Part shown: positions 24,671 through 36,870 of the stretch, piece by piece
Numbering within the stretch: position 1 is the first letter of the stretch
Layout of the letters: every line of letters begins with the position of its first letter
Source of the DNA: Vicugna vicugna
Taxonomy: Eukaryota
Direction: 5' to 3'
Assembly: GCA_013265495.1 (NCBI GenBank)
Contig: MU058669.1
Span: 248,001 to 312,000, forward strand
Length of the DNA: 64,000 bases
The notes under the pieces: model-generated
The model's input: only the letters and a program-made list of their open reading frames with translations
The model's database searches: none
Told to the model about the DNA's origin: nothing
Position numbers and translations under genes: made by a program

Positions 24671-26294
24671 CCCTGTGAAGGAAGCAGGTCACACTTCATC
24701 ATCCTCATTTCAAGATGAGGGAAGTCAAGTTCAGAAGATGTTTCTGGTCCAAGGTTACACAGCCAGTGAGGGAAGTGGTGAAGACAGGACTCAAATCTAG
24801 TTCAGAGACACCTGCCGAGGAGCACCAAAAATATGGGGGCTCTGTGTGTCCCCAGTGCTGGCAGGACACCGAGCATGTGAGAGAGGGCCCCATGGATGGG
24901 ACTGTGAGGGCGGAGAAGGAGAAAGGGGAAGGGAAGGAGGGAGGGAGGAGAAGGGAGGTAATGAGCAAGTCACAAGCCAGACAAATCCCTGTGTCCCTGC
25001 TGGTTGGTTTTCTGGCCTCAGGGGTGTTGTCACACTCGGGCTGGCTTCTGGGAGCTGTAGGTGTTCTGGGTCTTGCCATGTCTTAGCTCTGCTGGGCTTC
25101 TGGCTATTAAAGTGTGAAAGCTCATCTGTTTCCAGGATTGATTTATTCACTTGTAAGTCTTAGTGTATTCTAAGGCACTGCCAAGCTATTTGGAGGAGGG
25201 GAGGGCTCATGGCAGGCAAAGGCATCACTCTCTGTCCTGTTTCGATACTCAGGTGACTCTAGTCAAAGGAAAATTGTCAAGATGAGGCAGACCCTCATCT
25301 TTACTATCGCTGTCATTGTCATGGTTTCTGTTGAGTGCTTACTGTGTGCCTAGGCCCAGGGTTAAGTGCTGTTATTGATACACAATGTCTCATTTTGTTC
25401 CTACCACAACTCTATAAGGTAAGTACTGTGAACCATCTCAGACCAGGGGAAACTGAGGCTCAGAAGAGTTCTGTGCTAATCTGTGTTCCGACAGCTAGTA
25501 GGTGACAGCCAGGAATCAGACCACGTGCTTCTGATCCCAAAGCTGGCATTACTAACCATGAAACGATACCGCCCCTCCAAGTCCCTGGTCTCTCCATCCT
25601 GCCAGTTGGGTACCAGTTTCCAAACCCACAACCTCAGCCCTACCTCCCACCCCGAGATGTCCAGGGCTTTCACTTGCTTGAGAAACTTGCAGACAGGCAA
25701 ATACAAATAGCAGGAAAATTAAAAAGAGAGCTTGCAAAGGAAAGCTGTGATTGCACCAGGATGGGTCTTGGCAGGTGAAACGTACAGGCATTTAAGTATC
25801 ATTTACACTTTGGAAAAGGAAAACAGATCAGCTGTTCAGGAGACATACATTTTCTGGCCTCGAGTCCCAGGAGGAAGTTCAGAGAGTGGCAGAGCTGAAG
25901 GGGCCCCCGAATTCAGCTACAAGCCTTTTCATTCTCCTTTGATGTGGGTCCTCTGATTACACATTCTAAGGCATAACAGACACTTCTGATGTATGTTTTT
26001 GAAAAAACAACCATTTCTTTCTTTTTCCCTTTTCTTGTCCCTTCCTCTTCTGCTTTTTGATAATACCTTCACTGAGATATAATTCACACACCATACAATT
26101 TGCCCATTTAAAAAGCATACAATTCAATGTCAACCAGCCATTTCTTGCACTGCTGTAAGTAGCAATCGAACTGTACCTTAGGAAGGCCTTTCTGCCGGTG
26201 AGGATTCAGTTCAGTTTAACCAAGAAAGCATTTACTGCACTCCTGCTGTGAGTCAGGAACTCTGCTGAGCACATTCCTTTCTGCTGATCTAACA

Positions 26295-26475
26295 CGGTTT
26301 TGAAAGTGGGATCCCCAGACCAGTTGCAACAGCATCATCTGGGAACTTATTAGAAATATCAATTCTTAGGGCTTCACCCCAGACCTGCTGAATCAGATGA
26401 GTGGGGTTTGTTGATCTGGATTTTAACAAGCTCTCCAAGTGATTCTGTTGTGTGCTAACGTTTGAGAGACACTGA
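26295..26475. mobile_element. MER5A hAT MITE
   Basis: cagcatcatctgggaacttattagaaat…cccagacctgctgaatcaga…ttttaacaagctctccaagtgattctg…gtttgagagacactg. Confidence 0.85.
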
Positions 26476-26532
26476 CCTAAGTTAATGCAGCAGGTGAGCT
26501 CAGAGAAACAAACCTAAGCCAATGTGATCATA

Positions 26533-26858
26533 TAGTCACCCTCTGTGTTTGCAGGTTCTGCACCTGCAGATTCAACCAACTGTGGGTTGAAAATATTTGG
26601 GAAAAAAAATCCAGAAAGTCCAAAAATCAAAATTTGAATTTGCTGAGTGCTGGCAACTATTTACATAGTATTTACATTGTATTAGGTATTGTAAGTAATC
26701 TAGAGATGATTTATAGTATTCAGATGGGCATGGGTTATATGCAAATACTATGCCATTTTACAAAAGGAACTGGAGCATTCTCAGATTTTGGTATCTGTCG
26801 GGGCAGAGGGAGGTAGTGGTCCTCGAAACAATCTCCCATGGATACAGAGGGATGACTG
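26533..26858 (-). mobile_element. MER2-like TcMar-Tigger MITE
   Basis: TIRs tagtcaccctctgtg… and …atacagagggatgactg with TA on both sides. Interior tttacattgtattaggtattgtaagtaatctagagatgattta is characteristic. Confidence 0.9.
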
Positions 26859-27961
26859 TATTAAGATCTCTAAAGGGTTAGAAACAGAACCCCATGTTTC
26901 CTGCTAGAATAATAGAAAAGTGAAAACTCTCTGAGGAATCCAAGACTATTTGCTGGCCTGAGCAAAACTGTGAAGGCGATGGGTGCTGGCTTGGGTGACA
27001 CCCATTCTCCTCCTCAGACTCACAGTGGTCTCCACCTGGCCTGGCCTCCCTCCCTGACCCTTCTCTCACCTTCAAGTGAGAAAAGATCTGACCACAAACG
27101 CACCTCCTGACAGGTTCACAGCAAGGCTTCTCAAATCACAGCCCTGAGAATCCCTCTGGGAAATAATTTTCACACACATGCCTGGGCAGCCTCGTAGATT
27201 CTGATTCCCCACGTCAGGGAACACGGCTTCAGATCTTGCGACTATGATCCATGAAGAGAATTACATCTTACATCACGACTTGGTACACAAATACACGACT
27301 GGAATACATACAAGGCGTGATGTGCTCCGGTATGTTTTTTTCTATTCTATCCTCTTGTATTTCATTTTTGTTCGAAAGCTGGTCATGACCCCAGACACTG
27401 ATTCCATCATGCTCCAGTGAGTCTACTACAGTTTGAAAATCCCTGGCCGAGTGCACAGTCTGGAACCTACAGTGTTAAAAAAAAAAAGATGCCCACTTGA
27501 CTGTGAGGACCTCGGCCATGGCCCCCGACCCAGGGCTAGTGCTCTTTGCACAACACCCCCATTGTTGTTATTATTATCAGGCTTCTGGGAAAGTACAAGA
27601 ATGTACTCAGGGTCCAGTTCTGTAAATGGGACTGTTACTGCATTGCTTACCTCAATAAGTCATTAGCAGAATTCCTGTGTGTTGATCTGAGATCTCTGGA
27701 ATACCACATGGGTGGAGAAAGTCACTACCCTCAAATGGCCAATTTCCTTCTGCCAAAAACTTCAGAGAGCATATTTTAGGTGTCTTTCCTCTAACCATAA
27801 GAGCCGCGAGGAAGATGTGTGCATCGGGGCCTTGGCATCTATGGGCCTATTGTTTTAAGCAGCTGGAAGAGATCAAGGACACAGCAGATCCGAGGGAGCT
27901 GGGCCTACACCCTTTATTAAAAGCCGACATCACTCCAACATGTGGCTGACTCGCCTCTGAT

Positions 27962-28470
27962 TTAGGGGTTTCAGCCCTATCCCACTCAATGTCCTTTTAT
28001 GTGACAGTTGTTTTGTACGGTCCTCTCTAATATCCTAAAGTAAAATTCATAAGTAATACAACCTGCTTAACACCCGGCTGGGGAAAATTCTATATAATGC
28101 CCCAACTGTGATACAAAGAAGAAATAATAAAATAACATGTTTTTCAATATGTAAATGCTTGGAATGGCTACAAGAAGGCAGAGATGTAGCCACATGCTTG
28201 TACTTACAAGTGCCATATACTGGAACACATACTGGAACACATACTGGTTCACCTTACAGACTGGTACAGGTACGTGGGTTGGCAACCCAGGTACCATGAG
28301 CAGCGCTGCTGTTGCTGGTACAATTTCCTAAAACACTGAACAGGTTTTGGTGGACTTCCAACCCCCACAAGGATAATCTTCCTTGGACATACGTGGATTC
28401 CTGGAAAAGTCACCAGTGTGGCATACCTGAGGAGGGGAGCACAATGTACACTGTACATGTCTGTAATCTC
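27962..28470. mobile_element. Probable hAT-Charlie remnant containing a 12-bp tandem repeat (ATACTGGAACAC x about 3, 28217-28251)
   Basis: The tandem repeat is seen directly. The family assignment rests on general resemblance only. Confidence 0.4.
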
Positions 28471-29084
28471 TTCTGAGTGGTTGTTGGCAACAGGGGAGGA
28501 GAAGCTGGGTGAAGTACATTTCTGGGGGGATCTTTCAGGAGGAGGAGAGAGGAACCAGTAAGGCTGGGCATCATGTGGAGGTAAGAGTGAGAGCAAAGAG
28601 CCCCAGCGGTGTGGCCCAGGGGCCTTGGGAGAACAGGAATGTCTAATAAGAGCTGTAAGTGGGTTGCTATGGAGTACATGATGTAAACAGCTCCCCTGCC
28701 TCTTCCATCAAGTGTTCAGTAAAGTCTGAAGCCCTCCCCAATACTTTTGTGCACATGGATTCTTCTAGAGGGCTCTCCAATCCAGGGCGGAAACAGAGGG
28801 AGTCCCTGGAGCAGAAGCTAAGGAGGCAGCTGACGGGCTTACACAACCAGGCGCTGTCCCAGGTGCTTAAGTTGGCTCCATCCCACACATATCCTTCCCT
28901 GCCTGTGAGGGGTAACCCTGTTTTACAGATGCGGACACTGAGACACAAGAAGGGTCTGTCACAGCCCATGGTCACACAGCTAGTGGTGGTTTCTCCACAT
29001 TCAAACCCTAATCCATCTCTTCTCACCATCCCTTACAATCAGTGGTCTCCTGGTCTGATGTCTTAGACTCACATGTTAGGTTTA

Positions 29085-29567
29085 CAGGCAAACCTTGTTT
29101 TATTGTACTTTGCTTTATTGAGTTTTGCAGATATTGTGTGTGGTTTTATTTTTATTTTTTACAAATTGAAGGTTTGTAGCAACCCTATGTCGAGCAAGAC
29201 TGTCGGTGCTGTTTCCAACAGCATTTGCTCACTTTGTGTCTCTGAATCACATTTTAATAATGCAGTATTTCAAACTCTTTCATTATTATATTTGTTACAG
29301 TGATCTGTGACCAGTGATCTTTGACTCTCTAAAGACTCAGATGGTTAGCATTTTTTAGCAATAAAGTATGTTTTAATTAGGGCATACACATTGTTTTCCT
29401 TAGATACAATGCTACTGTACACTTAATAAAGAAAGTACAGTGTAGTGTAAACAAAACTTTTACATGCACTGGAAAACCAAAAAAATCCGTGTGACTCGCT
29501 TTATTGCGATATCTGCTATATTGCAGAGGTCTGGAACTGAACCTGCAGTATCTCCGAGGTATAATTG
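29085..29567 (+). mobile_element. Tigger1 internal-deletion derivative (Tigger1a-like MITE)
   Basis: TA|caggcaaaccttgttttattg … gcagtatctccgaggtataattg|TA. Both Tigger1 ends are joined near 29324 and no transposase remains. Confidence 0.9.
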
Positions 29568-32211
29568 TATTTCTCTGGCACCTTTCTGAGAACAAACGGG
29601 AATTTGACCTAAAGACAAATTGTATACCTTCCTCAAACATTTGCTTGGAAGCCACAAGCCCCCTCTGTTCCTTGGCGTCAAGTTACAAATTACCCAACCC
29701 CTCAGGGCATGGGTATTTGGCCTGAATGTGATTTTTGGTGATTTTAAGAATGAATTACGCTCCTTCCTCAAGCAATCACATCCACCAGCCAGCTCCCAGA
29801 AATAGAAAGCACTTCATCACACAAATTAACTCCTCTCCCCTATTTCACAGAAGATGAGTAATCTATTAAAAAAAGAGATGCTATAATCTAAACAGGCAGC
29901 CTTATCTGCACTTTCAATTTCAACTAAATGCCTTGGTCTCTTTTTCATTGGGTAGGTAGGGCCATAAATCTGTTTAATCATCAGACGATGAGTAAAAACA
30001 CACCAGAAGCTACCACTATCAAGTTAATTACAGTCTCCCCTGTTTTCTGAAAGCGACTCTCCACCAATCAGCTACAAATGAGAAGAGAAGGTTGGGTTCC
30101 TTGGACTTGGCCGTCTCCACTTTCTCACCCAGTTGGAGCCCATCCAGGGGAGCAGATTCATGGGCAATTCCAGTTGTAGGTTCTTGATAGCTGCTCTTAA
30201 ATTGTCAGGTTGTCAGGTGCTGGAGAACAACATGTGTTTCATTTAGGATGCCGGCTTCCAAGCCTGCCGTTTAAGGTGTTATTTAAAAAATTTTTTTCCA
30301 CGTTAGCAACAGTGTCAGCCTGTCAGTTTTATATTTGTTAAAGGGCAAAAGTGTTCCCCTGGGGGAGATCTTCCTGCTTGGCGTGCAGGAAGAGAAAGCT
30401 GAGTATGTGTCAGAGTTTTCCTTACCGCTCCCTCTGACTACCGCCACCCCCACCCCCAAAAACCCCAATCCAATGTCCGGAGTCCTCTGCTTCACAGGGT
30501 TCTGAGACTTCTCACTGGGGCCTCTTCCCTCTCTGTTTCCTCATCGGTTAGCACCGGAGGAGGAACTATGGGGTCTCTGGCTATTCACAGACAGTCCCAC
30601 ATCAGGAATTAACCTGGGTACATGGGTCATCTTGGCCTCCAATCCCTCACCTCTCATCCCATTCACACTGCTGCTACAGCACAGGAATACTACTGTCATC
30701 GGTGACATTTCAGGCCTCCCAGCAATGTCCAGAGCCCACCTTCCCAGATCCATCTCCCATCTCAACCCCGCATCCAATCTTCTCTCCGCAGACACGACTC
30801 GACTAACTATCTTGCCTTTGCTCCTTTGTTCTTGCAAATCTCACAGCTCAGGACATCCTTCTCTGCTCTTCAGTCCCAGGGAATCCTATTGCCTCCAGGC
30901 TCGGCTCAAAGGGCTCCTGAACCAACATCTCCCTGAACGATGTAGTCACTGAGTGTAGCACATGCTCTGTTTTCCACGCACATTTGGGTTCAGGACTCGA
31001 GTCTCTCTGCCTGGCAGCAAGCTTCTTGAGGGCAGGACTGAGAGTGATTTATTTTCCTGTCCCTCATAGCCCCTGCAATGTGGCAGGTGCTAACAGATGT
31101 CTGGTGACTGATCCCGGCTTGATATATTTTCCTTGTCATTTGCTGCTTTTATGCTTCAAAATCCATGTCACCATGACATGACTCAACATGTCACCTAAGG
31201 GAAGATGTCAAGCATGTTTAGGGGGCTCTGTCATCTAGGTACTCACTTGTGAGCCTCTAAACACAGGCAAGTAGCATCAGGAAGCAAAAGTCATCTTCAT
31301 AGCTGATGTTTATCAGTGAACTGACCACTCACGAAATTCCCACTCAAATATCACTCCCACTAAATGAAAGGATCTATTTCTGCCCATCGCATCCAAGTCT
31401 GTTTGTGAGACGGCTGTTTCAGATGTGACCATCCATCAATATAACACAAATTGATTACAAGGTGCTGCAGAGGGAGCAGCAAATGCAAAGGCCCGGAGGC
31501 AGATAGGGGCAGGACCTAAAGCAGTCACTCTTTCTTTTTTTTTGGTTAATGTTTAAGGCCATTTCCTGTAGAGGGACCTGGTAGGTCATGCCTCAATGAT
31601 TCAGACAGCCCGCAGGGAAAGAAACACTACAGCTGATACCAGTGGACTCCATTTTTGGATATAAAGTGTTCTGAAAGTTGTATGTTTTTCTTTCTAAAAT
31701 GGAAAAGTCTTTACTATTTTTTTTGTGATTCTAAATATGATGGATTTGTTGAAAAAAAATTTTTTTAACCCTCATGGAGGAAGGTAACATCTGATAAGCC
31801 CCTCTCGTCCCATCTACCAGAGATGGCCATTCTTAACAGTTTGGTGTACTTCTCACCCAATTTTCCAATGTTTTTGTGTTTATTTCATCTGAAACCTGCT
31901 CCCCCCTGCCATGTAACATATGTCAGTCATCTTTCCGTATCAGAACATGTAGATCTAGCATGTCCTTTTTTCCACTATCTCACCTGATCCACCAATTAAC
32001 CCAAGAGCAGGGAGTAGCCCTGTTCTGCCTGACACGGAGAATATGGCTGAGAGAGGAGTACTTTGCCCAAAGTCAAAAACTGGTAGATGAGAAGTCCAGG
32101 CTCCCTGGCTCTGTAGCCCACACCCTGTCTCTGACACCATGCTGTCTGTTTTCAGAAGAAAGGACTAGAACTAGACGATGAAATTTGCAGAGAGCTATAA
32201 TTCAGCTCAAA

Positions 32212-32408
32212 GTAGGAAAGAATTTTCCAATAATAAGAGCTGTCCAGTACAGGAACGAGATAACTCATAAGACAGTGAGCTGTCCATCACTGGAAGAATT
32301 CAGAGGCTGAACATATTATGCAAAGCACAGAAAAGGACTCAAATGTTACAGAAAGACGACATGGCCTTAAAGGCCCCCTCCAGCTCTGGGATCATGTGAG
32401 TCTACGAT
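32212..32408 (+). mobile_element. CR1/L3 LINE 3' fragment
   Basis: gaaagaattttccaataataagagctgtccag…agtgagctgtccatcactggaagaattcagaggctg…aaggccccctccagctctgggat. Confidence 0.6.
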
Positions 32409-33544
32409 TCCAAGATGATATACCTGTTAATCTAACCAGCCTGTCCATACAACTGGCTCTAAAACTGGTAAAGGTTTAGCTCTGAGGACCTAATCCTTTA
32501 ACCCAGTGGCTCCTTCTGAGATGCATTTAGTAATCAGTGTGGAGAGAATGTGGTTTTCTTTTCACAAGCTCTAGCCTATTTTACCTTCCCCTATAATTTT
32601 CTCCCTGCCCCAGCTGGGAGCAACTTTTACTTTTCAATGTCGTATTTGTTTTATTTGTCAAGGGCCAGAAAACACATGGAATGCTGCCTCCAAGGGAGCG
32701 CCACAGTGTGGGTGTGTGTGAGGCAGCGTGGGCTGGGGGATTCGTGCATTCTGAACCCAGAGCGGCGCCGGACAGATTTTTCCAGTCCTCTGGTTGTGTA
32801 TGAGGTGCTCGAGGCACGGAGTCTGATTTGAGAACCTGGGCTCAAATACGCACACACACACCCATCTAATACCCGCTGCCAGGGTGCCCTGTGAGAACAA
32901 AATATGCTGCTCACAACTGGGGTGTCATAAGCTAAAAACCAATCAGAAAGTACTGGCGTAGGTCCGCTGTGGTGAGGGACTCTCAGCTGTGGTCAGGCAT
33001 TTTGTTCTCATGCGGAGACCCAGATAGCCATCTGGGTCGTGGAGCCAAGCACGCTCGGCATCACCCGGAAGCCAGGCGGCATGAAGTGAGGCACCAGCAA
33101 TGGCCCCTGGCTCCCCAGGGCCTCTTCTGTCTGGGTCTGTCACAGAGCCTGCCTCTCCCCCATGGGTGGCCCCATTACTGTGGGTTACCGCTTCCTCCCT
33201 CTAGGCAGCAGGGAGCACTTTAAAAGTACACAAGTAATATGAGCTCATTTCGGAAATTGCTGAAAATCAGACATGCAAAAATAAATGAAATATCACAAAT
33301 TAGCCCACTGTCTGGGTGGCCTCTTTTTTTTACTTTATGGGGCTTTCATGTCCCTTTAGTAGAAAATACCCATGGTCTGGAACACCATTCCTCCATTTTC
33401 GTTACTGCACAGTTCAGTGCAAAAGAACATTTAACCAAGACTTGATTATCTGCCGCAGAGGGTGCGAACAGATCAGAAAGCAAGACAACCAAGCTCAGGC
33501 CCAGATCTACTGAGAAAGATGTTTCTGCTACAAGAATAACATCA

Positions 33545-33783
33545 ATAGCTGACATAAGAAGAGTGATTCTGTACCAGACATGGTGCCAAGCATCCTGCAA
33601 GTATTATCTCATTTAATGTCCATAACAATCCTACAAGGTGGGACTGTCATCTCCATTTTACAGATGAGAAAACTGAGGCTTGCAGAGTTGGAGGATCTTA
33701 TACTCTGCTAGTAAGTGGCAGAGCTGGGACCTAATTCTAGGTCGGTTTGACTCCAGAGCATCTGCTCCTAACCACTGTGCCTT
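33545..33783 (-). mobile_element. MIR SINE
   Basis: attatctcatttaat…ccattttacagatgagaaaactgaggct…gtaagtggcagagctggga…tgactccagagc…taaccactgtgc. Confidence 0.85.
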
Positions 33784-34330
33784 CCTTTAATAGAAGAAGC
33801 ATGTGCAAGGATTAGCAGCAGCAGCCTAGGACAGATTAATGTTCGGGAGGGGACCAAGGGGAGTGGAAGGCTCCCAAGTGGAGTTTCAATAGAATCATCA
33901 AGGTGATAGGTAGGGAGGGACATTCTAGGCAGAGAGAACTCATGCGAAGGAAACAGTTTTAAACAGTCGAGTATCCAGATAACTAGACAGAGTCCAATGT
34001 CTTCTCACCAACAGTAGATAAATCTTGTTAATAAACACTGAAGAAGTAATGCACAATTTTTTTCCATTGAAAGGGGCGTTTCTTGAATATGATGAGCATC
34101 AAACAGAGGCTTTGCTAAGAAACAAAAATTTAGCCCATAAAGGATAAAGACATACATGTCTGCTCCCCCATGCCCCAACCCCAGAAAGGGAACATGCTAA
34201 AATCTCTAGAACCTTGCAGGAAATAAATTATGGAGTCAACTACTTTCTTTTCATCAAGACAGTAATATTTTTTAATTAAATGAGAAATGATACATATATT
34301 CTCCTTGTATTTTTTTAAAAAAGAAAACCC

Positions 34331-34360
34331 CAGACGAGATCAGGTGCATTCAGGGTGGTA
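34331..34360 (-). pseudogene. 5S rRNA fragment (about nt 12-41), non-functional, fused to the L1 5' junction
   Basis: Reverse complement TACCACCCTGAATGCACCTGATCTCGTCTG versus recalled mammalian 5S TACCACCCTGAACGCGCCCGATCTCGTCTG: 27/30 identical, and all three differences are CpG transitions. Confidence 0.88.
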
Positions 34361-34361
34361 A

Positions 34362-34869
34362 GATAAAGAAGATGTGGTATATTTATACAATGGAATACTA
34401 CTCAGCCATAAAAACCAACAACATAACACCATTTGCAGCAACATAGATGCTCCTGGAGAATGTCATTCTAAGTGAAGTAAGCCAGAAGGAGAAAGAAAAA
34501 TACCACATGAGATCGCTCATAGGTGGAATCTAAAAAACAAAAACAAAAACAAATAAACAAACAAACAAAACAAAGCATGAATACAGGACAGAAATAGACT
34601 CATAGACATAGAATACAGACTTGTGGTTGCCAGGGGGATGGAGGGTGGGAAGGGATAGACTGGGATTTCAAAATTGTAGAATAGATAAACAAGATTATAC
34701 TGTACAGCACAGGGAAAGATACACAAAATCTTATAGTAGCTCACAGAGGAAAAAATGTGATAATAAGTGTGTATATGTCCATGTATGACTGAAAAATTGT
34801 GCTGAACACTAGAATTGGACACAACATTGTAAAATGATTATAAATCAATAAAAAATGTTAAAAAAAAAA
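34362..34869 (+). mobile_element. Young 5'-truncated L1 (end of ORF2, 3' UTR, poly(A))
   Basis: gataaagaagatgtggtat…caatggaatactactcagccataaaaa…atttgcagcaaca…acaacattgtaaaatgattataaatcaataaaaaatgtt(A)n. TSD AAAAAAGAAA at 34317-34326 and 34864-34873. Confidence 0.92.
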
Positions 34870-34874
34870 GAAAC

Positions 34875-35440
34875 TACAAATATAAGAGGGTGAAGTTTTG
34901 TTAGTTTCTTTTGCTACAATCCCTGGTCCGGGTTCATTCCCCGGCCTCACAGTAACCACTGTCAGCAGTTTGGAGTATGTCCTTCCATGCCTTCCTTTCA
35001 TACGTTTACTTGAACATGTGTATATGTGTATACAACTGAAAACATAAAGTATTGCTTTTGTTTGTGTGTGTGTTTACAAATAAATGGTTTTGCAGCTTGC
35101 TTTTTTTCACTTCAGGATCCATGTCAGAGTTCTGTTTATGTCATTTGGACCCCAATGCCTTGTTTTTAGTAGCTGCATCATATTCCATATTAGGAATTAG
35201 TTCATACCCCTTCCCCTATTGATGGTCACCTAGGTTGTTTCTAATTTGGTGCTATTACAAACAGTGCTGCAGTGAGCATCCTTATATGTGCCTCATGGTG
35301 TATACATGGTGAATACTTCTCTAGGACAGATACTGAGAAATGAAATTCCTGGATTATAGGATATGCGTATTAAAATTTTTTGATACTTCCAAGTTACCCT
35401 CCAAAGTGGAATTCCCAATTTTTAGTTCCTCCAGCAGTTC
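34875..35440 (-). mobile_element. Old L1ME-type 3' fragment; host of the young L1, continuing at about 34265-34326
   Basis: gtaaccactgtcagcagtttggagtatgtccttcca…cccctattgatggtcacctaggttgtttctaattt…gctattacaaacagtgctgcagtgagcatcctt. Confidence 0.75.
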
Positions 35441-36611
35441 CTGTTTAGAATGGTGAGAATCTTGGGAAGAAAAATGGGATGGAGGGTAGAGAGTCTATTT
35501 TAAATGATATACTTGATATAAATAAAATAATTATTTAGAAAAGCAGCTACTGTTTAATAGTACTAAGTGGACAAAATAGAGCTGGATGAAATCTTGGCTT
35601 GGAGTGACACACAGAAGGAGAGGCCCTGCCCCTCTTGAGGGGCAGAGAAACAGAGGACTTGCACAGTTTTTAAAGGGAAGCAAATGTTCAAAAAAAAGAA
35701 AAAAAGAAAGCAAACAAAAAAATCAGAGCCCTGTTAGGATTTGGGTGGGGGACACTGAATAAGGGCTGGGAAGAAGGGAACAGGGTAGGGGGACTAAGCT
35801 CTCCTTCCCTGGGCTGCTCCTGGCCATCGGGGCCACCTGTGTCTTAGGAGGTAAATCTGGTCACTATCCAAACCACGGGGCGGTGCCTGAATTGCCCAGA
35901 GGCAGAGCTGCTCCACCGACCTCACACATCTCTCCTAGGGTTAGACACCCCTGCCCAGCTGTCTGGACACCTGGACAGCCCAGCATTTCAGGGGGGAAAT
36001 GCAGTTCCACAGTGCAAGCTGCCTCTGTGGATAGCGGGGGTGAGGGAGGCGTGTGTTCGCGGCTTTTGACGTGTTAATTGTATACGAAGGAGCAGACAAG
36101 CCTCCAGTACAGAGCTCCACTCTGCTCGGAAGTGTGCACCAATTAAGATGATTACTGGTTTCCTTACAACACAAATACTAATGGCCTGTCACGCTCTGGC
36201 ATATTTTCCCTGGTAACCTTCAACTCCAAATGATTAATAAGACTCTTGTGGCAAAGCCCATACACACACAGGCAGAAAACGGGGGGAAAAACCCAACTCT
36301 GACGACTGCACGTCCAGCGAGGCAGGGGCCTGTGGAAATACATTCTGAGGGACCGTGACCGTTTGGGAGAGCGCGGCCACAATCTGTGGGCGAGAGTGGC
36401 CTGGGAGCGCTCTGAGGATTTAGGCTTAGGACTAGCTATGTGACCCCCACAAAGGCTGCTTTCCCTCCCTGGGACTGTTTCTCACTCTCTCGTTAAATGG
36501 GGACTGTAACCCCTTTCCTGTTTGCCCGGCAGGATGTTTACAAAGGAGAAAGGGGGGACATCATTAGTATTAGCAGTAGCGAAAATGAAAAAGGACGCAC
36601 AGATGGAAGTG

Positions 36612-36870
36612 AAAGTACATAGAGCACAGCAGTTAAAAGGCAGGCTCCAAATCAGGCAGACTTAGGTCAAACACACAGCTTTTCTACAGACCAGCGGTGC
36701 CAAGTTAAATTTCCCTAAGCCTCAGTTTCCTCATCTGAGAAGTGGGGATAACACAGAATCTCCTCTCTTAGGGTGTTAGGATGAAATGAGATCACGTATG
36801 CAAGTGCTTGCAAGCCCCGGTCTGCGACAGACTGAGCATCAATACTGTTAGCTGTGGTTATTATTATTGT
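36612..36870 (+). mobile_element. MIR SINE
   Basis: ctaagcctcagtttcctcatctgagaagtggggataac…aggatgaaatgagatcacgtatgcaagtgcttg. Confidence 0.8.

Noticed and set aside
34331..34360. Functional 5S rRNA gene
   Set aside because: Only 30 of about 120 nt are present, the internal promoter is missing, and the CpGs have decayed.
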